A stretch of 64,000 bases of DNA from an uncultured candidate division Zixibacteria bacterium (GTDB taxonomy: Bacteria > Zixibacteria > MSB-5A5 > GN15 > FEB-12). Below the pieces are notes generated by a model that saw nothing but the letters and a program-made list of their open reading frames with translations, ran no database searches and was not told where the DNA came from. Shown here in pieces: positions 16,882 to 26,376 of this stretch. The stretch lies in assembly GCA_963664195.1 (NCBI GenBank), contig OY760907.1, forward strand, positions 480,001 through 544,000, written 5' to 3'. A program made the position numbers and the translations under genes. How positions within the stretch are numbered: the stretch's first letter is position 1; each line of letters opens with the position of its first letter.

Positions 16882-19800
16882 CGCGGAACGGTACCCAACC
16901 GATTGTATTCGTCGCGCTGCAAGGCACCCCGATTCACGAAATAGGCCCCTCGAGTGTCGTCGCCCCAGGTCCTGAAGTTTCCAAACCATCTTGCCGTGGC
17001 ATAGGCCCAAGGATACGCAGGTACGGTCAATCCCCAGGGCGAGGAGCGTTTAAGGTCGCTGCCAAATTGGACCACTCCCCCTCCGAACTTCATTGTGGAA
17101 AGACCCCACTTGTGGCCCTCAGCGTACGCGCCAAACACGAGATTCCCGAGGTCTTGAGACAAGTATACTTCGCCGTGTACCCGATAGTAGCGGTCCGTTT
17201 TGAATGGTGCTTGTGTCTTTATGTCGCAAGGTGCTCTGTCCCCGAATGTGGCCTTCAGCTCGCCCATCCCCATGTTAGGATCTTGTGAAATGCAATCGCA
17301 TACGTACATATTGTAAGCCCGGCTCGCGTCGGTTATCACCGACTGTACCTCTGGATCAACGACTTCTCCCTTGGCGTCCACCAAGACCTCAGCGAAGTAC
17401 TCTCCTCCTGCCGCTTCACCGTCCGCATTATCTTCGAAGTATTCAAGATCCTTATTGGGCATCTTGTACCAGTCTGTCCACATAGGACCCCGTTGGTATT
17501 CACCCTCGCCGGGGACTCCATTGAAATCAAACCCGGAATTCGCTCCTAAGCCATTCCGGAACTTCCTGAGATCAGTCCTCATCCGCCGCATGATGTCCTT
17601 GTACGCCCAACTCATCACTGCCTGCCGACCTAGATCGATCGCGAAACCTCTGAAATGCGCAGCCATATTGTCCCTGTCTATTATACTCGCCGCTGCTAGA
17701 TTCGCTCCGGCCTGGTGCACAGGATTCGAGATGTTGGCTCCTATGACGGCACCGGCGACTCTCAATGCGAACGACTTTCGCATGTCGCTTCGAGACATGT
17801 CGCACATATTCTCGCCCATATCGTTTAGTCCCTTGACCGTCATATAGAGACCAGCCGCATTGATAAGCCCTGACACAAACAGACCTACCGCAAAGTTTCC
17901 GTCGGGATCGATGTTCTGTAGAGGATTGTTCCCCACGTAGCAATAACCACCGGCGAACTGGCCGGCCATGTCTACACTGGAGAAAGAGCCTCTTGATGCA
18001 TCATAGTAGCGCGCTCCGAAATAGTCAAGACCGAAGCTGGAATGGTCGTCCCGCTCTTTGCCCGAGAACTGGAATGAAGTCGGGTGTGTACCTGACTGCG
18101 TTAGAATCTCACCATACGGATGATAGTGGAAGTACTCCTTCACGCGCGGAGCCGCCCCGTCCAGGGCATGAATCAGCACGCGAGCGGACCCAAGATGATC
18201 GTTGAGGTGATAATGCAGGCTGTTGTCATCGTTGTACTTATACGATGCCACCCTCCCGCTGGGACCGTTCACGAATAGCTCCAGTACATCATCATTCTCG
18301 TCAAAAGTCGCGAGCAGCACGCCGTTGTCGTAGAGGTACAGAGTTTCCGACGAGTCTGGATACGGGCAGTCACCTGAGCTCATCATTGACATGGTGCCCA
18401 TTAGTCCTCCCGGACCATCCAGGATCAGAGTATCGCCGGTCGGAGGCAGAGTATCACAAGCATCCATGTAGTGATAGAAGTACTGCTTCTTGATCCTCTG
18501 ACCGCCCTGATCGTAAGTCATGATGAGTTGATCCGAGGCAGACGGCCACGCTTCAGACACCATGTTGACAGTATCCAACAGATTGCGGAAGTCATACGTC
18601 ATGGCGAAGATGTTTCTTGACAGATCTGAAGTCATGTTGCCGCATGCATCATAGGTCAACTCAACACCTGTTGGCATGCTTGAAGTACTCAACAACCTGG
18701 CTGAGCCAGGACTCGTGGCGTAACTATACGTTTCGGGAATTCCGAACTGCCCCTTGGTTTCTGAATGGCGCATGCCGAACTTGTTGTACGCGTACTTACG
18801 AGTGTAGCGGTCGTCGTTGTCGTGAGTCGCATTCGTGAGCCACCCTCGATCGTCAATACGGTACTCGTACTTGTGCTGAACGGCGGACTTCCGTGAGGAA
18901 CTGGTGCTGGCCATCTTGTAGAGACGGCCGTTGAAATACCCACCTGTACTATCATGCAGAACCAGACACTCCCCGAAGTGATCGTTGTCGTTGCCGTTCT
19001 CGACCCCCAAAGAATCGTAAGATGTAACCACGGAATTATCAATGTCTGAGTCGTTTATCCCGATTAGCCTTCCGAGAGGATCATAAATGTAGTCGACCTT
19101 CTGCACGGTATCATGAACCGCCGGTATCACATACTCATCATCGCTTATTCCTAACAACGTTGAAGTAATGGCCCCGGTGACATTGTAGGAATACTCAGCA
19201 TGCCTGAGCGTCTTCAGCGGATGTGAATCATCCGACTCGTTATCGATACCCTTGAGCCTGCCCAGGTCATCGTAGACGTACTCAAAGCACCTTCGTCCGG
19301 CGGTCGTGTCGACGGACCAATAAGGGTATACGACCAGACTCTCCAAACTGCCGTTTCTTGCGTACTTGTGACGCACCGCTTTGACCGCGCTTCCGAAACT
19401 CGGGAGTTTGACTTCCATCAAGTCCTCGAACTGCTGGGGGTAATAATAGAAGTTCTTGTAGTAGCTTTGGTCACCGCTCTCCACACGCAGCAGTTTTCCG
19501 GGAGCAGAGACGGTATCGTACACGTCATAGAACCATCGATACTGCACATCAATTGGGTGCCCCGGAAGCGGAAACCGCTCCAGACTGGCGAAGTACTCGC
19601 CGAAATAGACTATGAACTGTTCCTGCACGTCACACAATCCCTGCTCAATCAGCCTGCCTAGGAGGTCATACTTGTTGTACGTGAATTCCCCTCGTTCAGC
19701 CTGCAGATCGGTCTGCACAAACCGTGTCCGTCCTGCTTTGTCATAGAACATCCTGGTTTTGCCAAGATCGACTGCATATGTACTATCTACCGATCCATCG

Positions 19801-22800
19801 TTGTTCGTCCACGTTTCTCTGAGTGTAATCTCCGATGAACCGGTGTGAGCAGTGTCAATGCAGGTCCTGGAGTGGGCCAAGACGGGATCTACATAGGAGA
19901 TCGTGGTGGTCGAATCCATGATAGAGCCGACTTTGAAGTGCGACACCTTCTTGCTGTACTCCCCCCTGACATGCTGCTTCGTCACAGTCCTGATGCTGTC
20001 GGCGTCGTATGACGTTGCGACGAGCAACGTGTCGTTTCCGATGACGGCGAGGTCGCGCTCAAACTCCGACGTGTGCCCCGAGCCCAAAGCGTAAGTGGGA
20101 CTGGGACCGGATGTTCTTCTCAGTGTCTGCTTCACGTCCGAGAAATCGTATTCGCTTTCGGAGTAAGGCACTCCGTCCATGTCAACCGCGTGGGTCCCGT
20201 CATAATAGGCGATGGCTTCCGTAAGAATATTATCTCTGTCCGTAATATCCATAGCCCCATTTGAGCCCACAACATCCTCATACGGAAGATAGGATTTGGT
20301 AACGCGCCCTCTGGCATCACGGTCGGCCACGCCCGATACAATGGCGTTGGTCTGATCGTTGACGGCCGACGTTCTTGCCTGCATCAATCGATCCATACCG
20401 TCGGCGTACTGAACGCTCGTAACACCATCAGTATCGGCCATGTAGGAAGTAGCTTTGACATAGTTCGGCGATTCAATGTCAAATGTCTTTCGCGGCGGAC
20501 TAACGCTATTCCGATCCTGAACGCCTACGAATTTCACGTACGCGTCCGCTCGATAACCATACAGAGAAATGGTCGCCATCTGTCCAGAGTCGATCCAGAT
20601 GTGACCCGTGGTCCAATAGCTCGTGTCCGGGCAGTCCGTGCACGAGAAGGCAACCGCTGTGTCGGGTGTGGAAATAGACAGACTCACGTTTGGTGACTGC
20701 GTGGGTACATCGCGCTCATAGCCTAGCTTGTAGTAGAGCCATTGCCCTTTCGTCACGGGAATGTACCAGGGGCTTCCCGCAACATCATCGTGGTACTCTT
20801 TGCTCACGTATCCATCTTCCATCCGGTAGGCCTCTGCCTTGACCACACCCAGACCACCAACCGACTCGGTTTTCAGTTCCATCACGGTCGTCACCGGTAC
20901 CAAAGGCATTGTCCCCCCCGGATTCAGAAAACCAAATACCCTGCCGCTGCGGATATTGGGATCAGACCCTTCAAGGACGACTGTGTCTGCACCGCAAACC
21001 ATCTGTGCAGAGTAGTCAGCGGATGTGTCTATTCTTTCGTACGAAAGGTCGTAGAAGAACGGATTCCACACATCGGAGCTGAACGTCACCGAGTCCGAAC
21101 CTAGATCGGTCTCACTATACAAGTCAATGATATCGTCACGTGAATAGTGTCGCGATTTCTCGCTGAGAGTCTGACCGAGATGGTTTGTCGTTCTCGTTAA
21201 TCGATTGAAGGAATCGTACTCATATGATACGGGGACATTGTCTGCGCCGGATTTGGACAGAAGGAGCCCAGTTGCTCGATCGTACACCGAGGTTGCAACC
21301 GAAGCCGCCGCAGGAACCAGGCGCACATCATCGAAATACGCAACCACGTTGTCAGAGTAGATGTTATAGAACCCTAGACTGACAACCACGCTATCAGCAC
21401 CATTGCAGAAATCGCCACTAATCGGCAGTCTTATGTTTGACCACGAATCCCATGTCGCTGCCGCCGTGACCTCCTTGTACAACGTGTCTCTCGCCGATCC
21501 TCCGACATACGATACCACCTGGGAGTACGGGGTGCAATCAGACTTCACCCAGTAACTCAGAGAGTATGACGCATCGCTTAGATGCTGTGTATCTACTTTC
21601 AGGTGCAAACACTCGGTATACTGCTGGCCCTGAACGCCAGTTACCTCAAATGAATATCTCCCCGAAAAGACCATTGAGTCGACAATGACTCCGCTGGTTC
21701 CGGCTAGAGAGTTCCACTCCCCCCAACCGATCCCGCTGACGTCGTCGCCGGTCTCGGCATCGAAAAGGAACACGCCCTGCCCGTCGGCATGGACCATCGA
21801 GGCGACTTGATAGTGTTGGTCACCGTCAAACACCACTTTCACGACACGCCCTTCTACATCCTTCCATACGCGCGCGACACCGCGTGAAGTCGAGGAATCG
21901 ACATCGCGCGTGCATTCCTCTGTCGTTGGGTCCGCGGGGTCTCGCCATCTGTAGATTCTCCCCTTTTTCGTTCTGGTGTCCCACTGATTTCTCAGACGTC
22001 CAAGCCACCTGACCGTGTCGGTTCCATCCAAGATGAAGGACTTGCTCAACTCGACATGATCGCCGGGGAGATTCGGGAACCCCCCGAAGTCAGCATAGGA
22101 TGTGACATCCACCTGAACAAGATTGTCCCAGAGTGGTTTTCTCGCTTCAACCACACGCCCGTGCTCATCATATGAGTAGCTAACCGAAGACGTTAATCCG
22201 TCAGAAACGCTGGTTACGGCGCTGACAAGCACTCGAGGTGAGGCATCATCGTGAGTGCTATACTCCTGCAAGAACACAGACGAACGAGTCTGTTCAAGAC
22301 GGGGGTCAGTATAGTTGTCAGTGGAGTCAAGGTAACCGTCAATGGTCGGTAGCACGGTATCAACAAAAGACAGATAGGCTGTGCCATCGAGCATGTAACC
22401 TCCCTTTGGCACGTGGAACGCAGTATCTTCCAGATCCGGGAGCACAAGCTTTGCGGTATTGAACCTACTGGTGTCAATGTCGTCATCCAAATCATTGTAG
22501 AAACAGCTTGTTGAATAGACCCGTGAATCCTCGGTTTCGCCGATGAAAAAAGGCGACGATACCGTAGTTCGAGCGAAGCGAGGAGTGCTCGAAGACTCGT
22601 CAAGGATACCGCCTCCATACTCATATTCGGTTACAATAGTGTCTCTGGAGTTGGCCCCTTCCGGCAAAACCCTCACTTTGTCTACCACCGTAAGTCCCGG
22701 CTGGGACACCCACTCTCCCCGATGGTACTGGAATGCAGCAAGACCGTTGCCAGGCATGTCAAGGTAGACTCGCCCATTGTATGCACTCCATTTGTTGTAT

Positions 22801-24344
22801 GCTGGGAACCTCCACCTATCGAACGGACCATATATAACGGTGTCGAGCTTGACGTTCATTCCTGCATAGAGTCCCCCAATCCACTTAGTATCCCACTCCC
22901 GCAAACGAGCATTCCATCCAAAAAGTGCCTGTCTCGGATGAAAGACCCCGCTATCTTGCGTTCCGGCACAGGCAACAACTCCGCCAGCTGCATCGAAATC
23001 GAAGTAATCCATTTCACTGAAATGATGCAGGGAAAGATTTTGTTTCCAGATCCAAAGGCCTGTTGTTAGAGTATCAAGATCGCTCCAAGTGTTTCCACCT
23101 AGGTGCCGTCTAGCCACGAGCGTGCCACCATGTTTCGACCAGACAGCACAAATCTCTTCGCTGGCAGCAACCTGAATCGCCCACCCGGTCGGCATCGTAC
23201 AGATGGTAGACACATCCAAGCCGGTGCCCGCCCAGTCATACATCTTCACACTATATCCCGTCCTAACGGCGAATTTGTTTCCCCCCGCTGGATACAGCCG
23301 AATGTTTGGTGCTGTGATCGGACTACTGAACTCCGTCGTGAAACAGTCAACATGATCCCTCGGCAGAACAGCAACCTTGGCTGAAGTCCCGTCTGTCATA
23401 TACACGATTCCCGATTCCAGGCTAGCAAGTTGTTTGAGATCGCCACCAGTGTTGTGTACAGTCTGATAGTCCCAATATCCAGTCCAACCGGTGTCCGACG
23501 CCACCTCAATCACAATGTTGGAGGTACCCTTCATGCCAAACGCCACATAGTCGAGACCAACCGTGTACATTAGATCCAGCTTGAATGGATAGAGACCGCC
23601 GTAGTAGTTAACCGATGACCAATGGAACAAAGAGTCTCCCACTGGGGAGTCCCCCGACGAGCCAGGGACATAGTCAAAGAACTCGACCCATCTGCCCAAG
23701 TAACTATCCCCAGCTGTGTTGTAAGCATGAAACTCAATAGCAAAAAGGTCGATGCCCGTGGTAATGCTTGACAGTTTGCGCCGATTGGGATGGTCAGCAT
23801 ACTTGATATTGATTGGGAAGTCTCTCCAGCCGCCTGGTGTCTTCTTGATGAAGTATCCCGCAGTGACTATGCTATCGCCTTGCCGAGCCAGCGCAACGAT
23901 GAAGTCATTGCCAGCCTTCATGCTCACACCGGATCGAAAGTACTCCGGCAGGACAACAGTATCTCTAGTCCACGCTCCTCCTTGCCAATGGAAGACAATC
24001 ATTGTGGAGAGAGTATCTGAACCCTCAACGCGGTGGTGTTGCAGCGCCACCCAATCGTCGCCTGCGATGATGGCCGTGTCTTGCCTTAGAGTGGAGACAT
24101 CTGAGAGTGTTCGTACATCCCAGAAGCCATTCCATGCCCCAATATCGAAGCTATAGTGGCTATCACCCTCCAGCTTGTACTTGGAAACGAAGACATCTCG
24201 CGAGTAGGAGTGCATAGGACTTTCGGAATAACTTCTTTCCTCGTAGTAATTCAAGTCAGAGACACCGACGATTTCTGCGTAGTCAATCTCTACCCTCTTG
24301 CCTTCTGCGTAAGTCACCGCACATACCGCCCCTTTGTGCAACAA
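16878..24344 (-). CDS. Giant RHS/YD-repeat polymorphic toxin with Ntox44-like C-terminal domain (N-terminus disrupted)
   Basis: YD repeats; core QFSGKERD..GLDYFGARYYD...NNPLQNIDPDG; tip DIK...DLGNLVFG...GGGVVQ...GDD. Frame is open upstream to 24497 with no start codon before 24344. Confidence 0.88.
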   Translation of the reverse strand: MLHKGAVCAVTYAEGKRVEIDYAEIVGVSDLNYYEERSYSESPMHSYSRDVFVSKYKLEGDSHYSFDIGAWNGFWDVRTLSDVSTLRQDTAIIAGDDWVALQHHRVEGSDTLSTMIVFHWQGGAWTRDTVVLPEYFRSGVSMKAGNDFIVALARQGDSIVTAGYFIKKTPGGWRDFPINIKYADHPNRRKLSSITTGIDLFAIEFHAYNTAGDSYLGRWVEFFDYVPGSSGDSPVGDSLFHWSSVNYYGGLYPFKLDLMYTVGLDYVAFGMKGTSNIVIEVASDTGWTGYWDYQTVHNTGGDLKQLASLESGIVYMTDGTSAKVAVLPRDHVDCFTTEFSSPITAPNIRLYPAGGNKFAVRTGYSVKMYDWAGTGLDVSTICTMPTGWAIQVAASEEICAVWSKHGGTLVARRHLGGNTWSDLDTLTTGLWIWKQNLSLHHFSEMDYFDFDAAGGVVACAGTQDSGVFHPRQALFGWNARLREWDTKWIGGLYAGMNVKLDTVIYGPFDRWRFPAYNKWSAYNGRVYLDMPGNGLAAFQYHRGEWVSQPGLTVVDKVRVLPEGANSRDTIVTEYEYGGGILDESSSTPRFARTTVSSPFFIGETEDSRVYSTSCFYNDLDDDIDTSRFNTAKLVLPDLEDTAFHVPKGGYMLDGTAYLSFVDTVLPTIDGYLDSTDNYTDPRLEQTRSSVFLQEYSTHDDASPRVLVSAVTSVSDGLTSSVSYSYDEHGRVVEARKPLWDNLVQVDVTSYADFGGFPNLPGDHVELSKSFILDGTDTVRWLGRLRNQWDTRTKKGRIYRWRDPADPTTEECTRDVDSSTSRGVARVWKDVEGRVVKVVFDGDQHYQVASMVHADGQGVFLFDAETGDDVSGIGWGEWNSLAGTSGVIVDSMVFSGRYSFEVTGVQGQQYTECLHLKVDTQHLSDASYSLSYWVKSDCTPYSQVVSYVGGSARDTLYKEVTAAATWDSWSNIRLPISGDFCNGADSVVVSLGFYNIYSDNVVAYFDDVRLVPAAASVATSVYDRATGLLLSKSGADNVPVSYEYDSFNRLTRTTNHLGQTLSEKSRHYSRDDIIDLYSETDLGSDSVTFSSDVWNPFFYDLSYERIDTSADYSAQMVCGADTVVLEGSDPNIRSGRVFGFLNPGGTMPLVPVTTVMELKTESVGGLGVVKAEAYRMEDGYVSKEYHDDVAGSPWYIPVTKGQWLYYKLGYERDVPTQSPNVSLSISTPDTAVAFSCTDCPDTSYWTTGHIWIDSGQMATISLYGYRADAYVKFVGVQDRNSVSPPRKTFDIESPNYVKATSYMADTDGVTSVQYADGMDRLMQARTSAVNDQTNAIVSGVADRDARGRVTKSYLPYEDVVGSNGAMDITDRDNILTEAIAYYDGTHAVDMDGVPYSESEYDFSDVKQTLRRTSGPSPTYALGSGHTSEFERDLAVIGNDTLLVATSYDADSIRTVTKQHVRGEYSKKVSHFKVGSIMDSTTTISYVDPVLAHSRTCIDTAHTGSSEITLRETWTNNDGSVDSTYAVDLGKTRMFYDKAGRTRFVQTDLQAERGEFTYNKYDLLGRLIEQGLCDVQEQFIVYFGEYFASLERFPLPGHPIDVQYRWFYDVYDTVSAPGKLLRVESGDQSYYKNFYYYPQQFEDLMEVKLPSFGSAVKAVRHKYARNGSLESLVVYPYWSVDTTAGRRCFEYVYDDLGRLKGIDNESDDSHPLKTLRHAEYSYNVTGAITSTLLGISDDEYVIPAVHDTVQKVDYIYDPLGRLIGINDSDIDNSVVTSYDSLGVENGNDNDHFGECLVLHDSTGGYFNGRLYKMASTSSSRKSAVQHKYEYRIDDRGWLTNATHDNDDRYTRKYAYNKFGMRHSETKGQFGIPETYSYATSPGSARLLSTSSMPTGVELTYDACGNMTSDLSRNIFAMTYDFRNLLDTVNMVSEAWPSASDQLIMTYDQGGQRIKKQYFYHYMDACDTLPPTGDTLILDGPGGLMGTMSMMSSGDCPYPDSSETLYLYDNGVLLATFDENDDVLELFVNGPSGRVASYKYNDDNSLHYHLNDHLGSARVLIHALDGAAPRVKEYFHYHPYGEILTQSGTHPTSFQFSGKERDDHSSFGLDYFGARYYDASRGSFSSVDMAGQFAGGYCYVGNNPLQNIDPDGNFAVGLFVSGLINAAGLYMTVKGLNDMGENMCDMSRSDMRKSFALRVAGAVIGANISNPVHQAGANLAAASIIDRDNMAAHFRGFAIDLGRQAVMSWAYKDIMRRMRTDLRKFRNGLGANSGFDFNGVPGEGEYQRGPMWTDWYKMPNKDLEYFEDNADGEAAGGEYFAEVLVDAKGEVVDPEVQSVITDASRAYNMYVCDCISQDPNMGMGELKATFGDRAPCDIKTQAPFKTDRYYRVHGEVYLSQDLGNLVFGAYAEGHKWGLSTMKFGGGVVQFGSDLKRSSPWGLTVPAYPWAYATARWFGNFRTWGDDTRGAYFVNRGALQRDEYNRLGTVPR

Positions 24345-24631
24345 GCTGTCGTCAGTGTAGTAGTCGAATGTGAGAGAGGGAAGACGGTTTTCTCCAGACG
24401 CATCGCAGGAGATGATACGCCTAAGAAGTAGTTTCGCCCAATTACCCCACTGCTGCCCTCTTCCGCCCGGGGTGACGTCTGCCCCATGTAATCGAGCTCA
24501 CCGGCAAATGCGGCCACTCCGAGAATGCAAAGGCAACAGAGCAAAGCTATCAGTGATGAAGCGCGCTTCAACAGTACGCCGCTACGCAGAATAGATTCAG
24601 TTCGATACACTTGGAGTCTCCTTATAAACAA
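24314..24631 (-). pseudogene. Out-of-frame N-terminal fragment (signal peptide) of the RHS gene
   Basis: LKRASSLIALLCCLCILGVAAFA-GELDY Sec signal (likely TTG at 24571) in a different frame from the RHS body. Confidence 0.6.
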
Positions 24632-24953
24632 ACAGACGTGATTTCTTGGTTGGAGAATCGCTACACAGCGTGATCCTCATCGCGATTGGACATGTGTGGT
24701 AACAATGCGACAGGTGGCGGCGGGCCATACAAAGAGCAAGCCTGAAGGCAGCATTGACAGTCAGATGGAGAGCTGCGCTGAAGTCGTACTTCGGGCTAGT
24801 TGTCGCGTTCAAGTGTCCTCCCACAGCCCCCTGCGATAAAATGGAGTATCGTGAAGACCTTCCACAGCCTTCACATTCCATCAATAGCGACCTGCCACAC
24901 ACTTGTCAAGTACAAACGTGACATCACAGCCCATTTTGCATGCGAGGTGATTG

Positions 24954-24984
24954 TCACTCACTGTCAGAAACTGACAGTGAGTGA
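24954..24984. promoter_or_regulatory. Perfect 14-bp inverted repeat between gspF and the RHS gene
   Basis: TCACTCACTGTCAG-AAA-CTGACAGTGAGTGA. Confidence 0.6.
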
Positions 24985-25130
24985 TAGTTATGTCAGTCCA
25001 TTATAACACGTTACGCAGATTCACACATTTGATCGTATTCTCAGTGTTTTTTGGGGAGCGGACGAGCCGGTGCCAGGATCAACAAGCACTCTTGCGTGAA
25101 TCTGTACCAAGGCTCGCCCCTGAGAAGAGA

Positions 25131-26327
25131 TCAGATCGTACCGACGAGTTCAAACAACGGCAAGTACATGGCAACAAGGATGAATGCGACCACCACGCCC
25201 AAGAGGATAGTAATCAGGGGCTCAATGAGGGATGTCAGTGTCTGGATTTCAGCGTCTGACTCAGATTCGTAGTAATCGGCGGCGCGGCTCAGCATTTCGC
25301 CGAGTTGGCCGGTTTTTTCCCCTGATGACGTCAATCGTAAGACAGCACGAGGAAAAACCTTGGTCTCCTCAAGAGCGTCCGTGAGTGACTGGCCTGCCGA
25401 CACCTGCCGTCCGGCGGGTTCGATAGCATTTGCCACATACGCATTCCCGGTTGTTCGGGATGCAACCTGCAGCGCATAAAGGATATCCACACCCGAGGTC
25501 AGCAAAGCTCCCATCGTGCGACAGAACCTTGCCGACACAAGCTTCGTCGTCAAGTTCTTGACTAACGGCAGCTTCACTAAGAGCATGTGCGCGGAATACT
25601 GGAATTTCTGGTTAAGGCTGGTCGCAACGAGCAGGCCACACATTAATAGCACGCCGCCCATTAGATACCAGAGATTCTCACGCAAGAAGCCGCTCATCCC
25701 GACTACCTGCTGGGTGAGCATCGGAAGTTCGGCGTTGAAGTTTTCATACATGGATGAGAATACCGGTACCACGTAAAGGATCAGCGCCGCAACCACAAGG
25801 GCAGCAACACATATGACCAGCAATGGATAGGCCAGAGCAGAACGTACTTTGCGTGCGGTCGTTTCGCGCTTCTCCCGATAGGTCGCAATGCTGTCAAAAG
25901 CAAAGTCAAGTCTGCCGGAGGACTCACCGGCCTCAATCATGCTCGTGTAAAGATCGTCGAACAGAATCGGATAGTCTTTGAATGAGTCAGCCATCGATCT
26001 GCCCGACTCCACTTGCAGGATGATACTCTCGAACACGGATCGCTGGGTCTTGTCCTTCAACTGGTCACTGACGAGCTGCAGCGCCTCTACCGCCGCGATC
26101 TTACTGGCAATGAGGATCTGGAGCTGACGGGTGACGCGTGTGAGTTCCGAAGACTTGAATCTGCATAGCAGATGCTGCCGCAGGGTGCTGAGGGCAGGAC
26201 GGTGTGTCTGCAAAAAAACACCAAGATCAAGGAGACGCGTCTCCAGATCTGTCTGATCGTCGGCATTGAGGTGTCCTTCGATGACTTGACCGTCAACGTT
26301 TTTCCCAGAGTAGTAAAATCGCGGCAT
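25131..26327 (-). CDS. gspF: Type II secretion/type IV pilus inner-membrane platform protein (GspF/PilC)
   Basis: GESSGRLD, ALAYP, GEKTGQLGEML and LIEPL...ILVAMYLPLFEL motifs; two T2SSF domains. Confidence 0.93.
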   Translation of the reverse strand: MPRFYYSGKNVDGQVIEGHLNADDQTDLETRLLDLGVFLQTHRPALSTLRQHLLCRFKSSELTRVTRQLQILIASKIAAVEALQLVSDQLKDKTQRSVFESIILQVESGRSMADSFKDYPILFDDLYTSMIEAGESSGRLDFAFDSIATYREKRETTARKVRSALAYPLLVICVAALVVAALILYVVPVFSSMYENFNAELPMLTQQVVGMSGFLRENLWYLMGGVLLMCGLLVATSLNQKFQYSAHMLLVKLPLVKNLTTKLVSARFCRTMGALLTSGVDILYALQVASRTTGNAYVANAIEPAGRQVSAGQSLTDALEETKVFPRAVLRLTSSGEKTGQLGEMLSRAADYYESESDAEIQTLTSLIEPLITILLGVVVAFILVAMYLPLFELVGTI

Positions 26328-26376
26328 AGAGCTTTACAAATCCTCGGCAATAAGGTATTAGTATAGCGTACTTCGT

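Noticed and set aside
16878..24344. T6SS effector or Tc toxin subunit
   Set aside because: No PAAR, VgrG, Hcp or TcA genes are recognisable in the window, and a Sec signal peptide lies upstream.
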